Below are positions 11,489 to 21,936 of a stretch of DNA of 64,000 nt, in pieces. Source of the stretch: Mantamonas sphyraenae STR306 (Eukaryota; Protista; CRuMs). Every line of letters begins with the position of its first letter. Within the stretch, counting starts at the first letter, position 1. Location of the stretch: assembly GCA_026936335.1 (NCBI GenBank), contig JAPMXV010000020.1:62001-126000 (forward strand). The letters run 5' to 3'. Under the pieces are notes generated by a model. It worked only from the letters and a program-made list of their open reading frames with translations. It did no database searches and had not been told where the DNA came from. The translations under genes were made by a program, and so were the position numbers.

Positions 11489-12488
11489 ACACACCATACA
11501 CACCGCACAGGATCGTGATCTTGGCGACGAGAGTGGCTGGAAGCAGGTGCACGGCGATGTGTTCCGTGCGCCAAAGTACCTGTCTCTGTTTTCTGCATTG
11601 GTGGGCACTGGGTACCAATTGCTGCTGCTGGTGCTGCTGGTCATTGTGCTTGCCACGGCAGGCTCCTTGTACCGTGGCCGCGGCTCGCTAATCTCTGCAT
11701 TCATCACCTGCTACGCCCTGACAAGTTTCGCCGCTGGTTACACGGGTGGTGGCTACTACCTGCGTCACGGTGGCGAGCAGTGGATCAAGACCATGCTGCT
11801 GACGGCGTCGTTGTTCCCGGGCCTGGTGGTGTTTATCGCCTTTACACTCAACTGGATTGCCATCTGGTACAATTCGTTGGCCGCCATTCCGTTTGGCACC
11901 ATGGTTGTGGTCATTCTCATCTGGGCGTTCATCTCCTTCCCGCTGACCCTGGTGGGCACTGTCGTGGGACGCAACTGGAACGGCGTCGCCGACTTTCCCT
12001 GCCGCATTGCCAAGATGGAATCGGTAATTCCGGAGAAGCCATGGTACGTGCAGTTGCCCGTCCTCATGGTCCTGGGTGGCATCCTGCCCACAGGTGCCAT
12101 CTTTATCGAGATGTACTTCATCTTCACTTCCATCTGGAACTACAAATTCTACTATGTGTACGGCTTCATGTTCCTCGTCTTTCTCATCCTCGTCGTCGTC
12201 ACCGTCTGCGTCACCATTGTCGAGATTTACTTCCTCCTCAACGCAGAGGACTACCGCTGGCAGTGGACCGCCTTCATCTCCGCCGCCTCCACCGCTGGCT
12301 ACGTCTACCTCTACTCCATCTACTACTTCTTTGTCAAGACACGCATGAGTGGCTTCTTCCAGACCTGCTTCTACTTTGGCTACATGGCCATGTTTTCCGT
12401 CGGCTTTGGCATCATGTGCGGCACCATCGGCTTTGTCGGCAGCTCCATGTTTGTCCACCGCATCTACCGCAACGTCAAGATTGACTAA
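9973..12488 (+). CDS. TM9SF3: Transmembrane 9 superfamily protein (EMP70/TM9SF3 type)
   Basis: Exons 9973-10050, 10286-10576, 10741-10908, 11094-11384, 11511-12488. Signal peptide; [24 protein letters not shown]; IHWFSIFNS; [11 protein letters not shown]; C-terminal IYRNVKID. Confidence 0.95.
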
Positions 12489-12620
12489 GGTCGGCGCCCC
12501 TCTGATGTGGCTCCATCGTGAGCCCTTCCTCCCAAATTTCACCTCCCATCCCTCCTCCCTGGGCGAGTTTTCAATGCAACCCGGGTTTCATTTTCAAAGT
12601 GTGGGTTTTGCCGCCACAAG

Positions 12621-13103
12621 TTAGTCGTTTCGTGCGGAAATGTACAGCACTGTGACGAGGTGTCGGGTGTGGAGTGTCAGTGTGTGTGTGGGGGGGGGGG
12701 GGTTGTGAAACGGTGGTGCGCTATGGCTGCGCTGCTACTGGCGGAAAACGACGGCGGCAAACGTAATTCCCCTCGCGCCCAAACGCACCGTTGTTTCCGC
12801 GGATGAACGTGTCTCCCCACTGGTTCTTCATCTCGCCATCCTCCCACTCCTCCGTCTGCTCCATGGCAATGTTCATGTATCCGTCCAAGCAGGCCAAGAT
12901 CCCTGTGGAAAGAGCGTGTGCGTGTGTTTTGCAGCCAGGTGTCAGCACGTTCCTTCTTCCTTCTTCCTGCTCCCTGCTCCCCCTTTGGGGTTGCACCAAC
13001 ACTCACCCTTGTAGTCCACGCCCGAGTTGAGCTTGACCACCACGGGCCTGCCAATGACCGCCTTGAGAAAGTCACTGGGGCTCTGTTTGCTGTTCTCGGC
13101 CAT
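12621..13103 (-). CDS. LSM6: U6 snRNA-associated Sm-like protein LSm6
   Basis: Exons 13103-13007, 12902-12789, 12649-12621 give MAENSKQSPSDFLKAVIGRPVVVKLNSGVDYKGILACLDGYMNIAMEQTEE...GDTFIRGNNVLYISARND. Confidence 0.95.
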
Positions 13104-13184
13104 TCTGGATTTCCGCTGGCTGCGCTTTCGCCCCTTGCACACATTCCAAAAAGAAGCACGACCAGGCCAACAGAATGCAAGGCC

Positions 13185-13416
13185 ATCGTGCCGATGGGTA
13201 TTCCAAAACACATTTCTACTGCCAGGATGTCGTGATGGCCATCCTCAGGAGCGAGTACGACGTCGTCCTGGAAAAACACAGTAGCCGACGGACGTTGCAG
13301 AGCGCCCTGTGCATGCTCTGGTGGCCGAGTGCGCTCATCGCGGCACGACACCACCCCACATGCAGGTCAGTCCTTTACAAAACTCGGTGGAAGTCGAATG
13401 CCTGCTTTATACATTT
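13185..13416 (+). ncRNA. Candidate structured ncRNA (H/ACA-like boxes), family unidentified
   Basis: Nested stems with G-U pairs on the + strand; ANANNA (ACACCA) at 13348-13353 in the hinge; 3' hairpin 13362-13405; ACA at 13411-13413. No convincing ORF. Confidence 0.45.
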
Positions 13417-13499
13417 TCCAACCATGCAGCATCGCGACAACTTGCGACCACCGACGTTCTCCCCACTCAGTGCAGCTGCGATCTCGAGTGCACTCATCG

Positions 13500-16400
13500 T
13501 CACGCAATGTCACCCTTGCTTGCTCCACGCGGTTCCAGCTTGAGTGACATCTGGTACGCTGTGTCTTCATCAAGCTGATGCGCAGCCAGAGAGTCGTCGG
13601 TGAAGAACGCGCCGATTTGTGGCACGTGGATCAGGTTGTACGGACGCACCTGGCAATCCGACACCTGTCTGATGACACCAGACATCATCATGCGTTTGCG
13701 AAAGTTGATGAGGCCATCCTTGGTGTCTGGGTTGCCGTCCTCGATAAAGGTGAGATCCGTGCAGTACACACCCATGTACGGCAGCACCGGCTGCCCTGTA
13801 CCCACACACTCCTTGATGGTGGCACGCATGGCCTTGTACGAACCCTCGGGGTCCATCAGGGCGTTCATCTGCGCCATTTCGGCCTCGTCCTTCTTCTTCA
13901 GCTCCTTCTTGGTGAACGAAAGCCTGTGCACGGCCATGTGATTCAGACCTGCGTTGATGGCGCCCATGCCGTTGAAGTTGTTCAACTGGCGCAGGTGTGC
14001 GCCCAGTTGCACAAAGACTGCCATGCGCTTGGCCCTGCTCTTGACGTTGTCCGTGCGCAGCAGCGTGTCGATGACAAACATGGACAGGGAGTTGAAGCGA
14101 GTGATGGTGCGCAGCAGGTTGGGTGCACGGTGTTTGTGTTCCTCCTTGCTCCAAGCCAGTCTGTAAAACTCCTGCGGTGACACCGCGTGGAATGCATCCC
14201 AGTCCGCAAGCGTCAACTGGCGAGCCAGCTCGGTCACAGCCACGTCCTCCCATGCCAGAGAGGGCATGAATACGTTGCGAGGCACCTCGGGCGCCGGTGC
14301 CTGCTCCATGTCTGCCTCCAGTGTTCGCTTGGTGGTGCCCTGCAGGTATCCCATCAGCTCGTCTGCCCAGCTGCCCTTCCCATCCGGCCGCAGGGTGGTG
14401 TTGCAGAACAACTCCAGGTGGCTGCACATGTTGGATCCGGAGTCAAAGTCGTGCGGGTGGTGCTGCACCCACAGCAGCAGTACGTTGTACACGCACCGTT
14501 GGATGCGTTTTCGCGTCTGACTCGTGTTGCCCTCGGGCACGTCGTACCGTTGCACCAGCTTGAGCAAAAACATGGGCGCACTCATCATGGTGCCATAGCT
14601 CAGCACAAATGCCTCCAATTCGGCCTTGCTGCCTGGCGTCGTCACAACTTCGATCAATCGGTTCACCGAGCCCTGCTGCACGCTGCCATCCTGGGTCACC
14701 AGCTCTGTCAGGTTGCCCTCTTCGTCTCGTGTGGGCTCCTTCCAAATGTGATCGCCACCAAACTCCTCACTGCGCGGCATCTCCTTCAGCAGCAACACCT
14801 CCATAGCCGTCTCCTCCACAAGCTCCTCACGCGGACGGTACACCACATTGGCCATCGATTCGCGCACCTGATCCAACGTGTTCTGCCACGCCTGCTGGCT
14901 TTGTGAGGTCGATCGAAGTCCACTGCTCACCGATCCGCTGCGTTCGCGCAGCAGCTCTTTCTTCTGCCGCAGCATCGCCCATCCCTTGCCCCCAGCGCCT
15001 GACGAAGAGGAGGAAGAGGACGAAGAGGATGAGGAAGACGACGATGACGATGAAGCTGAGGAGGACGAAGACAAGGTTGTCGGGATGCTGATGCTGCTTG
15101 TCACAGCAGATGCCACATCGTCACTTTGCGTGCGTGATCGCACCTTTGTCATCAATTCGCCACTTGTGTTGGATCGCCCGAGACGCAACGCACTGTGGAC
15201 ATCCTCCGTGCCGGATTCTGCTTGTTTTTGCTGCTGGAGTTCTTCAGCTGCACTCGGCGCATGGATCTTGGGAGCGCTCGATGCAACCGTGTCCACTTGT
15301 TCCCGCAACGCAGCCAATGTGCTGTCCACAGTCGTGGACGTGTCGATGGTTTCCACTGCAGCAACGCCGGTGGACGACGTGGAGTTGGAGGCAGAGTCGT
15401 TCGTATCCTCGGGTGCGTCCTGGAATGCAGCATCGGACATCGGTTTCACTGCACTGGTGACATCTCCCTCTTCAGTGCTCGGGTCTTCGAGGATGGTGCC
15501 CAGGTTGCGTTGGTATGAACTCAGGTTGGAGACGGAGCGTGGACTCGCTGCCATCCCTCGTCCTCGCCCACGTCCTCGCCCACGTCCCGCGGGTTTGGTT
15601 GCCTTTCCCTTTGGTTCCACCTGTTCGTTTGACAGCGTTTCACTCTTCTTTTCAGGAGACGTGGAAGGTCGTGCATCGGCGCTGCCCTGCAAGTCTGATA
15701 TGAGAACTTCAGCAGCAATCAGCTTCTTGCTGAGTTCAGAGGCTTCGTTGCTTGCGGCGACGGCCGTTTTGCGTTCGGCTTCAAAGCGACTGTTCCAAAA
15801 CTCTGCAGTGTTCTTCAGTTCGCTCACTTGTTGCTCCAGAGCGGATTCCACCTTGCGCCGCAGCTCGATTTCCTCTTTGAGCTCGTCCACGCGCTCTTTA
15901 CGCATCTGAAAGTCAAGCTCCAGTGCCAGATCATCTCGTGATTGCTGTACATCGGCCATGCGAGACTCATGGCGTCATATTCCTTCAGCTGTTCAGAGAT
16001 TCGCTGTTCGTTCTGCGCCACAAGGGCGGTTTGCACTTGCAACTGCTTCGACAGCGAGTCACACTGTTTGCTCAATTCTTCCTTCTGTGCTGCCAATGCC
16101 TGCTCCTGAGCCTTGCTCAGTTCCTCCTTCTGTGCTGCCAATGCCTGCTCCTGAGCCTTGCCCATCTCCTCCTTCAGCTGCTCCAGTGCACTCTCCTGCC
16201 TTGCTCAGTTCCTCCTTCTGTGCTGCCAATGCCTGCTCCTGAGCCTTGCCCATCTCTTCTTCTGTGCTGCAAGTTCCGCTGCATGTTGCTCCCTGATCTG
16301 GGCTTCGCTGTTGCCCATGTCCTTCGTCAGCTGCTCCTTCAGCTGCTCCAGTGCACTCTCATGAGCCTTGCTCAGTTCCTCCTTCTGTGCTGCCAATGCC

Positions 16401-19400
16401 TGCTCCTGAGCCTTGCCCATCTCCTCCTTCAGCTGCTCCAGAGCACTCTCCTGAGCCTTGCTCAGTTCCTCCTTCTGTGCTGCCAATGCCTGCTCCTGAG
16501 CCTTGCCCATCTCCTCCTTCTGTGCTGCAAGTTCCGCTGCATGTTGTTCCCTGATCTGGGCTTCGTTGTTGCCCATGTCCTTCGTAAGCTGCTCCTTCAG
16601 CTGCTCCAGCGCTCCAGTGCCCATCTCTCCTCTGCGCTGCCAATGCCTGCTCCTGAGCCTTGCTCAGTTCCTCCTTCTGTGCTGCCAATGCCTGCTCCTG
16701 AGCCTTGCCCATCTCCTCCTTCTGTGCTGCAAGTTCCGCTGCATGTTGCTCCCTGATCTGGGCTTCGTTGTTGCCCATGTCCTTCGTCAGCTGCTCCTTC
16801 AGCTGCTCCAGTGCACTCTCATGAGCCTTGCCCATCTCCTCCTTCTGTGCTGCCAATGCCTGCTCCTGAGCCTTGCCCATCTCCTCCTTCAGCTGCTCCA
16901 GAGCACTCTCCTGAGCCTTGCCCATCTCCTCCTTCTGTGCTGCCAATGCCTGCTCCTGAGCCTTGCCCATCTCCTCCTTCTGTGCTGCAAGTTCCGCTGC
17001 ATGTTGTTCCCTGATCTGGGCTTCGTTGTTGCCCATATCCTTCGTAAGCTGCTCCTTCAGCTGCTCCAGCGCGCTCTCGTGAGCCTTGCCCATCTCCTCC
17101 TTCTGCGCTGCCAATGCCTGCTCCTGAGCCTTGCTCAGTTCCTCCTTCTGTGCTGCCAATGCCTGCTCCTGAGCCTTGCCCATCTCCTCCTTCTGTGCTG
17201 CAAGTTCCGCTGCATGTTGCTCCCTGATCTGGGCTTCGTTGTTGCCCATGTCCTTCGTCAGCTGCTCCTTCAGCTGCTCCAGTGCACTCTCATGAGCCTT
17301 GCTCATTCTCCTTCTGTGCTGCCAATGCCTGCTCCAGCTTTGCCCATCTCCTCCTTCAGCTGCTCCAGAGCACTCTCCTGAGCCTTGCTCAGTTCCTCCT
17401 TCTGTGCTGCCAATGCCTGCTCCTGAGCCTTGCCCATCTCCTCCTTCTGTGCTGCAAGTTCCGCTGCATGTTGTTCCCTGATCTGGGCTTCGTTGTTGCC
17501 CATATCCTTCGTCAGCTGCTCCTTCAGCTGCTCCAGTGCGCTCTCGTGAGCCTTGCCCATCTCCTCCTTCAGCTGCTCCAGTGCACTCTCCTGAGACTTG
17601 CTCAGTTCCTCCTTCTGTGCTGCCAATGCCTGCTCATGAGCTTTGCTCATCTCCTCACTTTGTGCAGCAAGAGCATCATCTCGTTCTTTTGTCATCTTTG
17701 TGTGTTGCCTTGCCAGAGTCGTGACGCGCTGCTTTGTAAGTTTCCCTCTCAGTTCTGTGAGTTCGTCTGCATGTTCCTTCGTAAGATCGTCACGAAGTGA
17801 CAGAAGCGCATCCTCCACGTTCCTTCGTCATCTTCCCATGCTGCTCGGCAAGTGCATCCTCCCGCTCCTTCGTCATCTTTCCGTGCTGCTCGGCAAGTGC
17901 ATCCTCACGCTCCTTCGTCATCTTTCCATGCTGCTCAGCGAGTGCATCCTCACGCTCCTTCGTCATCTTCCCGTGCTGCTCGGCGAGTGCATCTTCCCTC
18001 TCCTTCGTCATCTTCCCATGCTGCTCTGCGAGTGCATCCTCCCTCTCCTTCGTCATCTTTCCATGTTGTTCAGCCAGTGCATCCTCCCTTTCCTTTGTCA
18101 TCTTCCCATGCTGCTCGGCGAGTGCATCCTCCCTCTCCTTCGTCATCTTCCCGTGCTGCTCGGCGAGTGCATCCTCCCTCTCCTTCGTCATCTTCCCATG
18201 CTGCTCGGCAAGTGCATCCTCCCTCTCCTTCGTCATCTTTCCGTGCTGCTCGGCGAGTGCATCCTCCCTCTCCTTCGTCATCTTTCCGTGCTGCTCGGCA
18301 AGTGCATCTTCCCTCTCCTTCGTCATCTTTCCATGCTGTTCAGCCAGTGCATCCTCCCTTTCCTTTGTCATCTTTCCATGCTGTTCAGCCAGTGCATCCT
18401 CCCTTTCCTTTGTCATCTTTCCATGCTGTTCAGCCAGTGCATCCTCCCTTTCCTTTGTCATCTTCCCATGCTGCTCGGCGAGTGCATCCTCCCTCTCCTT
18501 CGTCATCTTCCCGTGCTGCTCGGCGAGTGCATCCTCCCTCTCCTTCGTCATCTTCCCATGCTGCTCGGCAAGTGCATCCTCCCTCTCCTTCGTCATCTTT
18601 CCGTGCTGCTCGGCAAGTGCATCCTCCCTCTCCTTCGTCATCTTCCCGTGCTGCTCGGCAAGTGCATCCTCCCTCTCCTTCGTCATCTTTCCGTGCTGCT
18701 CGGCGAGTGCATCCTCCCTCTCCTTCGTCATCTTTCCGTGCTGCTCGGCGAGTGCATCCTCCCTCTCCTTCGTCATCTTCCCGTGCTGCTCGGCGAGTGC
18801 ATCCTCCCTCTCCTTCGTCATCTTTCCGTGCTGCTCGGCGAGTGCATCCTCCCTCTCCTTCGTCATCTTCCCGTGCTGCTCGGCAAGTGCATCTTCCCTC
18901 TCCTTCGTCATCTTTCCATGTTGTTCAGAAAGCGCATCCTCACGCTCCTTCGTCATCTTCCCGTGCTGCTCGGCGAGTGCATCCTCCCTCTCCTTCGTCA
19001 TCTTCCCGTGCTGCTCGGCGAGTGCATCCTCCCTCTCCTTCGTCATCTTTCCGTGCTGCTCGGCGAGTGCATCCTCCCTCTCCTTCGTCATCTTTCCGTG
19101 CTGCTCGGCGAGTGCATCCTCCCTCTCCTTCGTCATCTTCCCGTGCTGCTCGGCAAGTGCATCCTCCCTCTCCTTCGTCATCTTTCCGTGCTGCTCGGCG
19201 AGTGCATCCTCCCTCTCCTTCGTCATCTTTCCGTGCTGCTCGGCAAGTGCATCTTCCCTCTCCTTCGTCATCTTTCCATGTTGTTCAGAAAGCGCATCCT
19301 CACGCTCCTTCGTCATCTTCCCGTGCTGCTCGGCGAGTGCATCCTCCCTCTCCTTCGTCATCTTCCCGTGCTGCTCGGCGAGTGCATCCTCCCTCTCCTT

Positions 19401-21816
19401 CGTCATCTTTCCATGCTGCTCGGCGAGTGCATCCTCCCTCTCCTTCGTCATCTTTCCATGCTGCTCAGCGAGTGCATCCTCCCTCTCCTTCGTCATCTTC
19501 CCGTGCTGCTCGGCAAGTGCATCCTCCCTCTCCTTCGTCATCTTCCCGTGCTGCTCGGCAAGTGCATCTTCCCTCTCCTTCGTCATCTTTCCATGTTGTT
19601 CAGAAAGCGCATTCTCCCTCTCCTTCGTCATCTTCCCATGCTGCTCAGAAAGCGCATCCTCCTTCTCCTTTGGTCATCTTCCCATGCTGTTCAGCAAGCT
19701 CATCCCGCTTCTCTTTCTCCAACCTTGCCACTTCCCGTGCCAACTCCGCCTCCAATGCCGCATACCTTTCCTTCCACTCATCCAGCTCCCCCTCTTGCAC
19801 TTTGCGCGCATCCTTATCCCTTGCCCCGTTGCTTGCAAAGTTAAACACCAAGCCTGCCTGTTCGCTCAACACCGGCGTGTTCTTCACGGCCAGACTGCTG
19901 TGCTTCATCGAGAGGTCAAACTCACCGAGCTCGTAGTACGCTTCGCTCAGCCCGTCGTGCGCCGCCCCCATGTCCCGTTGCAATTCCAACGCCCTATTGT
20001 ATGCTTTGACCGCTTCTTTTGCCTTGCCCTGCTGCAGAAACACGTTGCCCACAAAGTAGGCCACCTTTGCCCGTTCCTCCCCACCCACGTCCTCTTTCTC
20101 CGCCTCCAGCAGTGCCTCCAACGCCTCTCCAAACCGGAACTCCTGGTACAAACACTGACCACGCACGATAGCCACCCCAATAACGTGGCCGTCCCGTTCT
20201 GCAAGGTCGCATTGACGCAGCGCACGCTCGTACGCAAACTCGTTCAACAGCAGTTTGGCCATGCGCAAGTGCACTTCGGCTGCCTGTGGTTTGGCCACCA
20301 ACGCCTCTTCCATCTCTTCCAAATCTACACCACCGTCGTCGTCATCATCATCATTGATGTCCTTGTCGAGTGTGGCAATCGTATGCCCCGCCTGCAGCGA
20401 CCCCTCCTTGTCATCGTCTACCTGTCCCTGCTGCTCCTGCTCTTGCTGTTGTTGGCCCTCGTTCGTTCCGTGAGCCAGTGCCATTTGTACATGGGTTGTG
20501 GTCTCGTGAAAGACGTCGAGACTCACGGCGTGGCTGCTGCGTACACCTGTGCCTCGTTCATGTCCGCCCGACAGCTCATGTGCACGTATGTACAACCGCT
20601 GGGCCTCTTCATGTCGACCCAGGGCATCCAGCACATTCGCCATGGCCTGGTTCACCTTGCTGCTTCCGGGCTCCTTGATCATGGCCAATTCCAGCCTGGC
20701 CATCGCTGCGTCGTGCTCCCCGAGCTGATACAACGCCCCAGCATACCCAAGCAGCATGGCCGTGTCCAGTCCCACCCCAGCCTCTTCCACGCGTGCAAAG
20801 TGGCCCTTTGCCTCCTCATACATGGCCAACTCCACCTCCAGCAGTCCCATCTGGCTCAGCGTGTGCACCTGCCCGCCGTCCAGCTGAACCAACACCTCCA
20901 AAGTCTCCAACGCCTCACGCGGCTGCTTCACTGCCGCTTGGCATTGTGCGTGTTTGCGCAACAGACCCTGCTGCCTCGGTTGCACCAGTCGCACCAGTTG
21001 GTAATATTCCAACGCCTCCGCGTGCTCGCCCATGGCCGCCAGCACATCGGCAGTCAGCTCCAGCGCGCTTTCGTTGCTTTCGTCTTGCTCCAATGCCACC
21101 ATGGCATGTTCCAGCGCCTCCTGTTGGTGTCCAATCATGTGCAGGGTGCGTCCCAGCAGCACCCGGGCCGCAACGTGCTGCGGGTTCAGCTCCAGCGCCA
21201 CCTCCAGGTAAATGACGGCTTCGGCCACGTCGTCATTGTCCAGCAGGAGACGTGCCAGTTTGATGTGTCCGCGCTCGTCGCGTGGTTTGAGCCCCACCAC
21301 GCGCTGCAGGCTGTGGAGGGCCTCGTCACGTCGATTGAGCTGGCTCAACACATGTGCCCGGTTGAACTCATAGTCGGCGTCGGCGTCGTGCAGCGTCACC
21401 GCTTTGGTGAAACATTCCAGAGCCTGTGCCAGAGCGCCCTGTGCCGCCAGTGTGTTGCCCAGGTTGTACCACGCGACGTGGTTGTCACTTTCGCGCTCCA
21501 CCACCTCCTCGTACACAGCGATGGCCTCGCTACGTCGTCCCAGCTTGCTCAACGACGCCGCCAGGTTCAGACGCACCTCGTTTTCCAGTGCTTCATTGCT
21601 TATGTCAAGGCCGAGTGCGTGCTCCAAGTGCTGCACCGCCCACGCGTGCTGGCCCACTTTGCGTCGCGCAAGCCCCAGCGCTGCGTGTGTCTCTGCCCGC
21701 TTTGCATCCGCCTTGAGCGCGGCCGTGTACTTGGCTGCCGCACGCTCGTACTCCTGCTTGGCCATCAGCGCATCACCGGCTCGTTGGAGCCGTTGCCACG
21801 CCTTGGCTTTGTCCAT
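13500..21816 (-). CDS. Giant TPR / coiled-coil repeat / REM-RasGEF (CDC25) protein, broken by several 1-2 nt frameshifts
   Basis: ORF 19645-21816 (TPRs, e.g. AWYNLGNTLAAQG) runs into the first repeat unit (RDELAEQHGKMTK). Repeat ORFs continue to about 15960. ORF 13500-15959 has REM and CDC25 motifs (ELARQLTL, LRQLNNFNG, PVLPYMGVYCTDLTFIEDGNPD...LINFRK). Confidence 0.8.
16070..17650 (-). repeat. Mosaic tandem array of 45-bp and 33-bp modules (AQEQALAAQKEE[LM][SG]K, A[QH]ESALEQLKE..., DMGNNEAQIRE, QHAAELAAQKEEMGK)
   Basis: Directly visible in the sequence and in ORFs 16205-16624, 16359-17306 and 17303-17818. Confidence 0.95.
17800..19700 (-). repeat. 45-bp tandem array, about 41-42 copies, encoding MTKEREDALAEQHGK
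   Basis: Directly visible. ORF 17790-19631 holds 40 full 15-aa units. Confidence 0.98.
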
Positions 21817-21936
21817 GGTATGGGTGTGTGGGGGTGTGTGGGTGTGTTTGACTTTGCTCCAAACCCGTCAGCAAAACCCACCTCCTTTTCCCACCCGTCC
21901 TTCCTCACACACCACCCGTGTGCTGCCCATTGCCCA

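Noticed and set aside
13348-13360. Telomerase template (ACACCACCCCACA)
   Set aside because: No CTAACCC-type template and no telomere sequence is available to test an alternative; kept only as an H-box/hinge.
13175-13543. 122-aa ORF in the LSm6-RasGEF gap
   Set aside because: No recognisable motif, it overlaps the RasGEF stop, and RNA structure explains the region better (not fully excluded).
17800-19700. CRISPR array or satellite
   Set aside because: No unique spacers; contiguous 45-bp units coding in frame.
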